Positions 15,813-23,538 of a stretch of DNA of 32,000 bases are shown here, one piece after another (the first letter of the stretch is position 1; each line of letters opens with the position of its first letter). Location of the stretch: NCBI GenBank assembly GCA_965237675.1, contig OZ250150.1, forward strand, positions 370,428 to 402,427, written 5' to 3'. This stretch comes from Candidatus Latescibacterota bacterium. Lineage in GTDB: Bacteria; Latescibacterota; UBA2968; GCA-2709665. The notes under the pieces are model-generated. The model was not told where the DNA came from. It saw nothing but the letters and a program-made list of their open reading frames with translations, and searched no databases. Made by a program: the position numbers and the translations under genes.

Positions 15813-16007
15813 TTTTTCGAATTGAGGCTAATTGCCACAAAAGGCACAAAAACAGCTATCCTGTTACAGGGCGTATAGCCGAGAGTCAACGAAATAACTG
15901 CAGGATCACGGAGTTGCGACACACGCCGTTTCGCACCGATACCTTCTGTGCCTTTTGTGCTTTTTGTGGCCAATTTAGCGGTTATCTTTTTTCGAATTGA
16001 GGTTAAT
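15813..16007. repeat. Composite intergenic repeat: 20-bp direct repeats enclosing an imperfect ~25-bp inverted repeat rich in GCACAAAA units
   Basis: Direct repeats: TTTTTCGAATTGAGGCTAAT (15813-15832) and TTTTTCGAATTGAGGTTAAT (15988-16007). Inverted repeats: AATTGCCACAAAAGGCACAAAAACAG (15830-15855) versus CTGTGCCTTTTGTGCTTTTTGTGGCCAATT (15946-15975). The second direct repeat overlaps the stop codon (16003-16005) of the CoA-binding gene. Confidence 0.7.
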
Positions 16008-16410
16008 CCCTCTCGGTGTAACCCAGGACAACGAGCAGGCATGGACCGCCCGAGACGACCGCAATGCCGGCGTCTTGAGCATCTTCAACGGCTTTTTGGC
16101 TCTCGGCGCCGGGCTGCATCCAGATGTACTCAATGCCGGCGTCCGCTGCTTGCGTGACAATCCCTTCCGTAACTTCGGGCGGTGTGATAACGGAAATACG
16201 CGCCACCGGTTCGGGCAGCGCGGCGAGATTGGGAAAGGCTTTATGACCTTCGATTTCATCGGAATCCGGATTGATTGGAAACACTTTCAGGTCGTGCTGC
16301 ATATAACATCGCAGGACCTTGTTGCCGTACTTTGAACGGTCGGTTGAAGCGCCGACGACGGCATAGGGACCGGTCTGCAGAAATGCGTCGATCTTCTCAT
16401 CGAGTGTCAC
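16003..16410 (-). CDS. CoA-binding domain protein (YccU/YneT-like)
   Basis: GTG start with GGGGAG upstream. YAVVGASTDRSKYGNKV...VFPINP...AFPNLAALPEPV..ISVITPPEVT...IWMQPGAES is the typical CoA_binding_2 pattern. Confidence 0.8.
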   Translation of the reverse strand: MTLDEKIDAFLQTGPYAVVGASTDRSKYGNKVLRCYMQHDLKVFPINPDSDEIEGHKAFPNLAALPEPVARISVITPPEVTEGIVTQAADAGIEYIWMQPGAESQKAVEDAQDAGIAVVSGGPCLLVVLGYTERD

Positions 16411-16445
16411 GGGCGTTCTCCCCGGCGGTGTGGATTCGTGAATGG

Positions 16446-16898
16446 CTAAATATCCTCATATCGCGGCAGGTGGTCCAGGAAGCAGTAGCTTCGTCGTTTG
16501 CGGTCGAGGACGTAACAGTAATGGGTGATGCCATTTGTCACCACCAGATAATTCGTTCCGACAGACGTGTTGTATCGGGCGATCTGATCGAACACGTCCT
16601 GTTTGATTTTCACGTCGGGCGCCTTGCATTCGGCCATGAGAACGGGTTCTCCCCTGCTGTTGTAGACAATGACGTCAGCGCGGTGTTGGATGCCCCCATG
16701 CGTAATGCCCGATTCGACAGCGGTTCGGCCCGCGGGAAATCCCAGATCCTTGACAAGGTGCTGCACGAGGTTCTGGCGAACCCATTCCTCGGGCGTGAGT
16801 CGCACATATTTCCGGCGAAGCGGATCGAAAATCGTCCTCTTGCCGCCGGTGGCGCGAATGTCAAAGTCATACCGCCGGGGAAAATTCAGACGTTGCAT
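16446..16898 (-). CDS. Stand-alone type I restriction enzyme HsdR N-terminal domain protein (HSDR_N_2-like, PD-(D/E)xK fold)
   Basis: From ATG 16898: MQRLNFPRRYDFDIR...IFDPLRRKYVRLTPEEWVRQNLVQHL...RADVIVYNSRGEPVLMAECKAPDVKIKQDVFDQIARYN...YLVVTNG..HYCY matches the conserved ~150-aa family. The ORF-track TTG start at 16958 adds 20 unconserved aa. Confidence 0.8.
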   Translation of the reverse strand: MQRLNFPRRYDFDIRATGGKRTIFDPLRRKYVRLTPEEWVRQNLVQHLVKDLGFPAGRTAVESGITHGGIQHRADVIVYNSRGEPVLMAECKAPDVKIKQDVFDQIARYNTSVGTNYLVVTNGITHYCYVLDRKRRSYCFLDHLPRYEDI

Positions 16899-17009
16899 GG
16901 AAATCCGAAAGTAAGCAATAACGCCCTGGCGTAAAACACTCGAATTGCGTGTTGTCAATGGATTCGAGTCGAATCCCGGCAGATCGCAAGCCGTCCGGGA
17001 AGGGTTCCT

Positions 17010-18170
17010 TCAGCGAGCGAGCCAGAGTTCGGGTTGTTCAATGTGGTGGCGAATCGTGTCCAGGAACCGGGCGGCAGGGGCCCCGTCGACGATGCGGTGG
17101 TCGAAGGTGAGACTCAGAGCGACCATGTCCCGGGGTACAACCCGGCCTTCGTGTACCGCCGGTTTGGAGACGATCCGGCCCACGCCCAGAATGGCGCACT
17201 GCGGCAGGTTGATGATGGGGGTAAAGGTGTCGATTCCGTACGCGCCCAGGTTTGTGACGGTAAACGTGCCGCCGCGAAGATGCTCCGGATTGAGGTCTCC
17301 CTGCTTCGCCTTCTGCACCAATTCCGCGGTTTCGCCGGCGAGCGTTTCCAGGTCTTTGTGAATAACGTCCCTGACGACAGGGACCAGAAGCCCGGTGGGG
17401 GCGTCTACGGCAATCCCGATGTGGATCCCGTCGTGTACGACGAGGGCTGCATCCTCCCAGGATGTATTCATAACGGGATGGTCGGCCAGGGCGAATGCCG
17501 TCAGTTTCAGGATCACGTCGTTGTATGTCAGGAAGGGGATGTTGAGTTTGGCGCGCAACGCCACGAGTCCGGTGGCGTCCGCTTCGGTGGTGAGCGTTAC
17601 GGGCGCGGTTGTGGCGTGACTCTCCGTCAGGCGCCGCGCAATGACCCGCCGGACAGAAATTTCGGCTTTGTCTCGGGATTTCGTCGAGGTCGCGGCCCGG
17701 ACGTCGCGTTCGACAATGCGGCCATTTCGACCGCTGCCCTGGAGCGTATTCCAATCGACACCCAGTTCGTTCGCCAGGCGGAGCGCCCGGGGGCTGATCG
17801 GGGGTCGATTTTTCCTGGCTTGCGTACGATCGGCGCGAGGTTGGGGTGGGGCGGCTTGTTGGAGTCCGGCTTCCGATTCCTGTTCGTTTTCGGGCCTGGC
17901 GTGTGTCTCGGCGGGAGGTTGTTCGCCCGGCTCCAGAAGGAAGCCCAGCAACGTGCCGATGGGTACGGTGTCGCCCGGTTGGGGCGTGTCGGGCGGGATG
18001 AACAGGGTGCCGCTGTCGAAGGACTCGATTTCATTTATCGCTTTGTCGCTTTCAACGGTAAAGATGATTTCTCCCGATTCAATCGTATCCCCGTTCTGCT
18101 TGAGCCACTCGACGAGGGTGCCTTCCTCCATGGTCCATCCCAGACGGGGCATGACGATTTCAATGGGCAT
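17010..18170 (-). CDS. 2-oxoacid dehydrogenase complex E2 (dihydrolipoamide acyltransferase)
   Basis: Start taken at MPIEIVMPRLG (ATG 18170, GGAAGG upstream). Lipoyl motif TVESDKA; E3/E1-binding domain ISPRALRLANELGVD; catalytic SLTFDHRIVDGA. Confidence 0.9.
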   Translation of the reverse strand: MPIEIVMPRLGWTMEEGTLVEWLKQNGDTIESGEIIFTVESDKAINEIESFDSGTLFIPPDTPQPGDTVPIGTLLGFLLEPGEQPPAETHARPENEQESEAGLQQAAPPQPRADRTQARKNRPPISPRALRLANELGVDWNTLQGSGRNGRIVERDVRAATSTKSRDKAEISVRRVIARRLTESHATTAPVTLTTEADATGLVALRAKLNIPFLTYNDVILKLTAFALADHPVMNTSWEDAALVVHDGIHIGIAVDAPTGLLVPVVRDVIHKDLETLAGETAELVQKAKQGDLNPEHLRGGTFTVTNLGAYGIDTFTPIINLPQCAILGVGRIVSKPAVHEGRVVPRDMVALSLTFDHRIVDGAPAARFLDTIRHHIEQPELWLAR

Positions 18171-18334
18171 GGGAATCGACCTTCCGAAGACGTTAAGGAA
18201 ACGAGCGGGAAGAGGTTGGCGCATTTCTGCTTCGGTGCATCCCTTCTCGCTAGGTTGTTTACGCCGCCTGCGTTGCCTGCGCTGCATTTTTCGAAGCCTT
18301 CCGGTCGAAACGCGCATGCCGAAACGTGGTCATT

Positions 18335-18460
18335 GAGCTTGTCGAAATGCCCGCGTTTCGCTACCCCTCGGCGGCCTCAGGGGAACGGCTCAGGGTGCAC
18401 CGTTTGGCGCTCTTCACTGCCTTTCGCCGACCCTTCGACAAACTCAGGGAGCGGCTCAGG
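18335..18460. repeat. REP-like palindromic/direct-repeat element in the E1beta-E2 spacer
   Basis: Inverted pair GAGCTTGTCGAA (18335-18346) / TTCGACAAACTC (18434-18445). Direct pair CTCAGGGGAACGGCTCAGG (18377-18395) / CTCAGGGAGCGGCTCAGG (18443-18460). Spurious translations read ..SLSLSK.. and ..PFDKL... Confidence 0.6.
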
Positions 18461-18511
18461 TCGTAGGTGCCTTTTTAGCCGGGCGACTCGTCGCCTTCCT
18501 CGCCGCCGCGA

Positions 18512-19489
18512 CTATTCCTCCATCAGGTCGCGGATGGCCTGCAAAATGGTTTCCGGTTGAGGTGTGCAGGCCGCCTCCAACGGGGCGCTGTACGGCGTAG
18601 GTGCATGCGCGCCGTTGAGGCGGCCTATCGGCGCGTCAAGGTCGTCGAACGCCAGACTCTGAATCTGAGCGGCGATTTCAGCGCCGATGCCGCAGGGACC
18701 GAAGGCCTCGTCCACAATCAGAACGCGGCCGGTTTTTTGCACGGATTCCAGAATTGTATCCATGTCCAACGGCGCCACCGTGCGCGGGTCGATGAGTTCA
18801 ACGGAGATGCCCTCCGCGGCGAGTGGGTCGCAGAGTTTCCATGTAACGGGAACCATGTTGGCAAACGCGATAACGGTGAGGTCCCTGCCCTCGCGGCGGA
18901 CCTCGGCCTGCCCGAACGGGATGGCGTATTCCGTTTCCGGTACGGGACCCCTGTGGTTGAGGATGGACTTGTGTTCCAGGAAGAGAACGGGATCATGTCC
19001 CTCCAGGGCGGTTTTGAACAGGCCCTTGGCATCGTACGGCGTGGCGGGCAAGGCCACGCGGAAACCGGGCAGATGAGCGAAAATGGGATAGTAATTTCCG
19101 GAATGGTGGGTGGCGGCGGCGCCCCCGATGCCGATGCAGCCTCGGAGAATAACGGGCATGGAAAGGCGGCCGCTGCTCATGTATTGCATTTTGGCGACCT
19201 GGTTGACCATCTCGCCGAAGCCGTCCAGGATGAAGTCGATAAACATGAAATCGACCACGGGCCGCGCGCCGGCCATGGCCGCGCCCGTGCAAAGGCCGAT
19301 GAATCCGCGCTCGCAAATCGGGGTATCGCACACGCGCATGGGACCGTAGAGGTCGTAAAGTCCGGTGGTGGTGTTGAAGTTGCCGCCGCGTTTGCCGACG
19401 CCCTCGCCGACGACGAAGATGGTCGGGTCCGCCGCCATGGCTTCGGACAGGGCTTCGCGGGCGGCTTCCGTAAAAGTGATTTCACGCAT
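18512..19489 (-). CDS. 2-oxoacid (pyruvate/acetoin/branched-chain type) dehydrogenase E1 component beta subunit
   Basis: AGGAAG lies before the ATG. Transketolase-like pyrimidine-binding and C-terminal domains: VVGEGVG..GG, DTPICERGFIG, AAATHHS, FLEHK. Confidence 0.9.
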   Translation of the reverse strand: MREITFTEAAREALSEAMAADPTIFVVGEGVGKRGGNFNTTTGLYDLYGPMRVCDTPICERGFIGLCTGAAMAGARPVVDFMFIDFILDGFGEMVNQVAKMQYMSSGRLSMPVILRGCIGIGGAAATHHSGNYYPIFAHLPGFRVALPATPYDAKGLFKTALEGHDPVLFLEHKSILNHRGPVPETEYAIPFGQAEVRREGRDLTVIAFANMVPVTWKLCDPLAAEGISVELIDPRTVAPLDMDTILESVQKTGRVLIVDEAFGPCGIGAEIAAQIQSLAFDDLDAPIGRLNGAHAPTPYSAPLEAACTPQPETILQAIRDLMEE

Positions 19490-19500
19490 GGGTTCGCTTC

Positions 19501-20472
19501 CTATCCACTGAAGACGTAGTCCGTAACCGTGGCGGGATCCGGCCAGGGGCTTTTCCTGGCAAACTCGACGCCCGCTTCAACGGCTTCTCGGATTTCCCGC
19601 TCGATCCGTTGAAGTCCTTCGGCGTTGACAATGTCTTGATCGAGCAGTTTGTCCGCCAGCCGAGCGATGGGGTCCCGGGTTTTCCACGCGTCGACTTCGT
19701 CCCTTGTGCGGTAACCGGTATCTTGCATGCCCTCGGCGTGAGGACGGGTTCGGTAGGTTTTGCAATCCAACAGTGTGGGGCCGCCTCCCTCCCTCGCGCG
19801 AACCACGGCCTCGCCCGCTTTCTTGTTGACGTCGATGACGTCATTGCCGTCAACCGCAACGCCGGTTACGCCATAACCCTCCGCGCGCTGGGCGATATTC
19901 GTATTGCGGGTGGCGTATTCAAAAGCGACTTCGGTGGCGTATCGATTGTCTTCCAGGACGAATAGGACGGGCAGTTGCCAGATGGCGGCCATGTTCAGGC
20001 CTTCGTGAAAGGCGCCGTTGTTGACGCCGCCGTCGCCAAAAAAGGCCACGCTGACCCGATCGGTTTGGAGCATCCTGAACGTGTAGGCGGCCCCGGCAGC
20101 CTGAAGAATGCTGGGGCCCACGATGCCGCTGGTGCCCATCAGGCCGATTTCCGGCGAGAAAAGGTGCATGCTGCCGCCTCGGCCACGGGCGCACCCCGTG
20201 GATTTGCCGAAGAGTTCCGCGATGAGTTCCCCTATGGGCACGCCTTTGGCGAGCGCGTGGCCGTGGCCACGATGGGTGCTGAAGATCGTGTCCTCGGTGC
20301 GCAGGTGGGCGCAGACCCCCGTTGCGATCGCCTCCTCGCCGACGTACGTGTGGCACGCGCCGGGGATGAGTCCGGCCTGGTATGACCTGGCAATCTGCTC
20401 CTCGGTGCGCCGGATCGTGAGCATCTGCCGGTAAAGGGAGAGGAGCAATTCAGGCCCCTGATTGGCTGACAT
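19501..20472 (-). CDS. Thiamine-diphosphate-dependent dehydrogenase E1 component alpha subunit
   Basis: AGGGGA lies before the ATG. CHTYVGEEA, HRGHGHA, TPP-binding GDGGVNNGAFHEGLN...EDNRYA. An 11-nt gap separates it from E1beta. Confidence 0.9.
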   Translation of the reverse strand: MSANQGPELLLSLYRQMLTIRRTEEQIARSYQAGLIPGACHTYVGEEAIATGVCAHLRTEDTIFSTHRGHGHALAKGVPIGELIAELFGKSTGCARGRGGSMHLFSPEIGLMGTSGIVGPSILQAAGAAYTFRMLQTDRVSVAFFGDGGVNNGAFHEGLNMAAIWQLPVLFVLEDNRYATEVAFEYATRNTNIAQRAEGYGVTGVAVDGNDVIDVNKKAGEAVVRAREGGGPTLLDCKTYRTRPHAEGMQDTGYRTRDEVDAWKTRDPIARLADKLLDQDIVNAEGLQRIEREIREAVEAGVEFARKSPWPDPATVTDYVFSG

Positions 20473-20518
20473 GGAGTTCCCCTGCTTGGTAGATGGGCGT
20501 AACGGGGCCGGACCCTGG

Positions 20519-21331
20519 CTATCCGCTGGCGATCGGGCCCCCGGGATAGGTGCCGCCCGCGTTCATCGCCAGGTTGCCGCCGTCCATCGGCAACAACACG
20601 CCGGTGATCCACGCGGACGCATCGGAGGCGAGGAAGATGGCAACGCCAACGATATCCTTCGGCTCTCCAAATCGGCCGGCGGGAATGCCGCCCAGCCATG
20701 TGTCGGCCATTCGGGGCTCGGCCCGCAGGCGTTTTTCCAGGAATTCATTCATGACCTGCGCGGGCAGGATGGCGTTCACACGCACCCCCCGGCCGCTCCA
20801 CTCCGTGCTGAGTTCCCGCGTCATCTGCGCCACGGCGCCCATGCCAACGCTATACGCGATATGGCCACGGCCGATAGCGGAGACGCTGGCCAGAGAGCCG
20901 ATGTTGATAATGCTGCCCTTGCCAGCCGCGAGCATGCGCCTGCCCCCTTCCTGGCAGCAGCAGAAGCGGCCGATGACGAGGGACTGCAGGCTCTGTTGAA
21001 GCTCGTCCATCGTGAGATCCTCCGGTCTTCTCACCATGGTTGCACCGGCAACGTTTCCCAGGACGTGAATGCGGCCGAATTCCTTGTCAAGGCGTTCGAA
21101 CAGAGCGCGGACCTGGTCGGTATCGGAAACGTCGCACCGCACGGGGATGGCGCGTCGGCCCAGAGATTCGATCTTGTGTGCGGTTTCCTGCACACCGGGT
21201 TCATCGATGTCGGCCAGCATGAGGTCCGCGCCGGCTTCTGCAAAGCCGATGGCCATGGCTTTGCCCATACCCCTCGCAGCGCCCGAGACAAGCGCGACTC
21301 GGCCTTCGAGGTCAAAGATCGGATGAGACAT
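20519..21331 (-). CDS. Short-chain dehydrogenase/reductase (classical SDR fold) with an atypical active-site motif
   Basis: GGGAG lies before the ATG. Cofactor motif VSGAARGMGKA; NVAG; GSLAS; the catalytic region reads AYSVGMGAV instead of Y-x-x-x-K. Confidence 0.85.
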   Translation of the reverse strand: MSHPIFDLEGRVALVSGAARGMGKAMAIGFAEAGADLMLADIDEPGVQETAHKIESLGRRAIPVRCDVSDTDQVRALFERLDKEFGRIHVLGNVAGATMVRRPEDLTMDELQQSLQSLVIGRFCCCQEGGRRMLAAGKGSIINIGSLASVSAIGRGHIAYSVGMGAVAQMTRELSTEWSGRGVRVNAILPAQVMNEFLEKRLRAEPRMADTWLGGIPAGRFGEPKDIVGVAIFLASDASAWITGVLLPMDGGNLAMNAGGTYPGGPIASG

Positions 21332-21393
21332 GGTCGATCTCCCTATGTGGGCCGCAAGGCGCGGCTTCCCGGCCCGATCCTGTTTCGGATCCG

Positions 21394-21759
21394 CTACTCG
21401 CCGAGGTATGCGACCGCGTCGATTTCGACGAGGATGCCCTTGAACATGTCGCCCGCTCCGACCAGACGCCTGGTGGGCATCCGGCCTCTGTTATTGAAAT
21501 ACCGCATGTAGGTGCGATTGAAATCGTCGCGGTCGGCCATGTCCAGTAGAAAGACGTTGACGCGGACGACGTCGTCGAAGGTGGCGCCCTCTTTTTGCAG
21601 GACATCCTTCATGTTGTCCATCGTCAAGATGGTTTGTTCCTCGATATTCCTGCCGACGACTTCGCCGCCTTCGACGGGGCCGAAGCCGGAAAGGAAGAGC
21701 ATATCGCCGGCGCGGCGGGCCATGGAATAAAAGGGCTCGGGGTTCTCCATATTGGCCAT
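21394..21759 (-). CDS. RidA/YjgF/TdcF family enamine/imine deaminase
   Basis: ATG 21759 is preceded by AGGAG at 9 nt. LFLSGFGPV..., VRVNVFLLDMADRDDFNRTY, PTRRLVGAG..FKGILVEIDAVA fit the family. The ORF-track GTG start at 21822 would overlap the upstream stop. Confidence 0.85.
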   Translation of the reverse strand: MANMENPEPFYSMARRAGDMLFLSGFGPVEGGEVVGRNIEEQTILTMDNMKDVLQKEGATFDDVVRVNVFLLDMADRDDFNRTYMRYFNNRGRMPTRRLVGAGDMFKGILVEIDAVAYLGE

Positions 21760-21821
21760 GGGGTTAATCTCCTGAAGTTGCGCTCCCCGCTTCAATTCCG
21801 CGTGGAGTGCGTCGCGAGCCA

Positions 21822-22949
21822 CTAATGATCAAACAATGTGGGATCGTGTTCCTTCAGTGGATGGCGCGGTCGAACGCCAGGGTTGACAATATTATCGGTA
21901 TGGGGCCGGCGGCCGCTGAGAACCGAGACGAGGTTCTCCACGCCTGTGGTCGCCACCTCCTGGCTGGCCTGGACGGACAGACCGGAGATATGCGGGGTGA
22001 GAATGACGTTATCAAGCCTTGTCAGCGCATGGTCCGGCGGAGACTCCTGTTCTCCGAAGATTTCTATGTCGTCAAAGGTGTCCAGAGCGGCGCCGGCCAG
22101 GTGCCCGCTCCGCAGCAGACCGGCGAGCGCACCTTCGTCCGTGATGGCGCCGCGGCAGGTATTGATGAAATAGGAACCGGGTTTCATTTTTTTCAGGTTG
22201 GACTCGTCCAGGAGCCGATAGGTATCCGCCGTGAGCGGCAGGTGCAGTGAGACAAAGTCCGACGTTTTTAAAAGCGTGTCCAGGTCCACCATTCGGACAC
22301 CCAGGGCGTCGGCGTCGTCCCGCGGCGCCCGCAGGTTTTTCCGGGTGGCCTGGATGTCGAGGCCAAAGGGTCTTGCGCGTTTTACAACGGCCTTCGCCGA
22401 GGCGCCGAATCCGATCAGCCCCAGTGTGAGGCCCGATACGCGCCGGAGCCGGAGACCCTCGTCACGAGCCTGCTGGTAAGCGCCTGCGTAGAAATGCCGC
22501 GACATTTTCGGAATTTGCCGGGCAAGGCCGAGCAGGGAGGCCATTACGTGGTCGGCCATTTCTTCGTTGCAAAAGGAAGGGACATTTGAGACGAGAATGC
22601 CCTCATCGGTAGCGGTTCTGACGTCGATCTTGTCCGTGCCGTTGCCCAACCGGGAGATGATCCGGCATCTGGACAGGCTCCTGATGACCGGTTCAGGAAG
22701 CGACGCTGAGACAACGGCAAGCGCGTCGCAATCCGCAACGCGGGCGACGATGTCGTCCGGTTCATAGGCGTCCACCGGGATGGGCGCGATACCGTAGTGC
22801 CTGTAAAGCGATACCTCGGTCGGATTTATCGGTATAACGTCGGCATTGAGGCGGGCGAAGCGGACATCTTCAAAACCGGTCCCGGGCATAGGGTAAATTG
22901 ACAACATTGAAAAGCAATCAGCCCTCATTGGAAAAAAATCAGGCGGCAT
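21822..22949 (-). CDS. D-isomer-specific 2-hydroxyacid dehydrogenase (CtBP/PGDH-like), NAD-binding
   Basis: GLIGFGASAKAVV (GxGxxG), SLHLPLT, INTCRGAITDE, ILTPHISGLS. The start is uncertain (ATG at 22949, 22928 or 22907; none has a clear SD). Confidence 0.85.
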   Translation of the reverse strand: MPPDFFPMRADCFSMLSIYPMPGTGFEDVRFARLNADVIPINPTEVSLYRHYGIAPIPVDAYEPDDIVARVADCDALAVVSASLPEPVIRSLSRCRIISRLGNGTDKIDVRTATDEGILVSNVPSFCNEEMADHVMASLLGLARQIPKMSRHFYAGAYQQARDEGLRLRRVSGLTLGLIGFGASAKAVVKRARPFGLDIQATRKNLRAPRDDADALGVRMVDLDTLLKTSDFVSLHLPLTADTYRLLDESNLKKMKPGSYFINTCRGAITDEGALAGLLRSGHLAGAALDTFDDIEIFGEQESPPDHALTRLDNVILTPHISGLSVQASQEVATTGVENLVSVLSGRRPHTDNIVNPGVRPRHPLKEHDPTLFDH

Positions 22950-23106
22950 TTCGCAGGACGACGCAGATATTCCGGAGTTGTTTTCGGTGTGTTAGTTTTG
23001 TTGCATTCGCAGCGTAAGACGCCATTCGGGGCGCACGAGAAGGCCGACGCCTGTCTGCGCGCATGGCGAGCGAGTAGATATTGGTATCGATCAAGAATTC
23101 GTTCAC
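22939..23106 (-). pseudogene. Truncated PIN-domain (VapC-like) toxin relic
   Basis: GTG 23106 overlaps the antitoxin stop by 4 nt (GTGA). It reads VNEFLIDTNIYSLAMRAD, a typical PIN N-terminus with the first acidic residue. It then degenerates and stops after 55 codons, overlapping the start region of the next gene. Confidence 0.45.
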
Positions 23107-23354
23107 TGCCAAAGTTCCGAATCAATGCGTCGCTCGGAGTCAAATTTCTGTTGGATTCGAGCAAACTCATTTTCGTCCCAACGTCCGAACAGGTGATCCA
23201 GGTCGTTATGGATCGCGGTGAACCGACGTGATTTGTTTAGTCCGAACTGTTTTCGCAATGCGTCCAGTGCCGTCTGGTTCATGCTCTTGCCTTCCCGCTC
23301 GGCCACCTCCCTCAACTTGGCGGCAAGCTGGGGGTCCAGCCCACGCAGGGTCAT
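23103..23354 (-). CDS. Ribbon-helix-helix (Arc/FitA/VapB-like) antitoxin, 83 aa
   Basis: From ATG 23354: MTLRGLDPQLAAKLREVAEREGKSMNQTALDALRKQFGL is the typical RHH antitoxin N-terminus. The first 36 codons of the ORF-track version cover the promoter region. Confidence 0.7.
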   Translation of the reverse strand: MTLRGLDPQLAAKLREVAEREGKSMNQTALDALRKQFGLNKSRRFTAIHNDLDHLFGRWDENEFARIQQKFDSERRIDSELWQ

Positions 23355-23426
23355 GCTCTTCAGAACATCCGCCAAGGCGCACTCCCTTCTTGAAATACAA
23401 TCAATATATGATGGCAAAATGATCTC

Positions 23427-23455
23427 ATTATACGTGATCATTCTCCGCAGTTCAA
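23427..23455 (-). promoter_or_regulatory. Sigma70-like promoter with flanking operator-like inverted repeat for the RHH antitoxin gene
   Basis: Minus strand: TTGAAC (23455-23450), 17 nt, TATAAT (23432-23427). A 7-bp inverted repeat AATGATC (23418-23424) / GATCATT (23436-23442) brackets the -10 element. Confidence 0.55.
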
Positions 23456-23538
23456 GCATCATCCGTATGCCACCTTTGAAGCAACGGACGTCGAGGGGAT
23501 TCGGCGCAGGTTCTGCCGCTCCATCGACGAGTACCTCA

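Noticed and set aside
15813-16007. Possible miniature CRISPR array or tRNA-like element in the AT-rich spacer
   Set aside because: There are only two copies of the 20-bp repeat, ~155 bp apart, with no regular repeat-spacer periodicity. No cloverleaf could be drawn from the enclosed sequence.
16960-16976. Perfect palindrome GGATTCGAGTCGAATCC between E2 and the HsdR_N gene as a terminator or operator
   Set aside because: It is a short AT/GC-mixed stem with no adjacent T-run. The nearby AACAC..GTGTTTTA hairpin has only 5 bp. This could be chance in a 111-nt spacer, so it is left unannotated.
17034-18560. 508-aa plus-strand ORF, the longest unexplained ORF in the track
   Set aside because: It is exactly antisense to the E2 gene, which has unmistakable lipoyl, subunit-binding and DHRxxDG motifs. 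Its translation is Arg/Gly/Pro-rich and low in complexity, as expected for the opposite strand of a high-GC gene. It also runs through the REP-like element.
21760-21822. Upstream extensions of RidA (GTG 21822) and of E2 (18171-18317) from the ORF track
   Set aside because: The extensions are unconserved-looking and Arg-rich. The internal ATGs at 21759 and 18170 have SD sequences and give family-typical N-termini (MANMENPEPFY.., MPIEIVMPRLG..).
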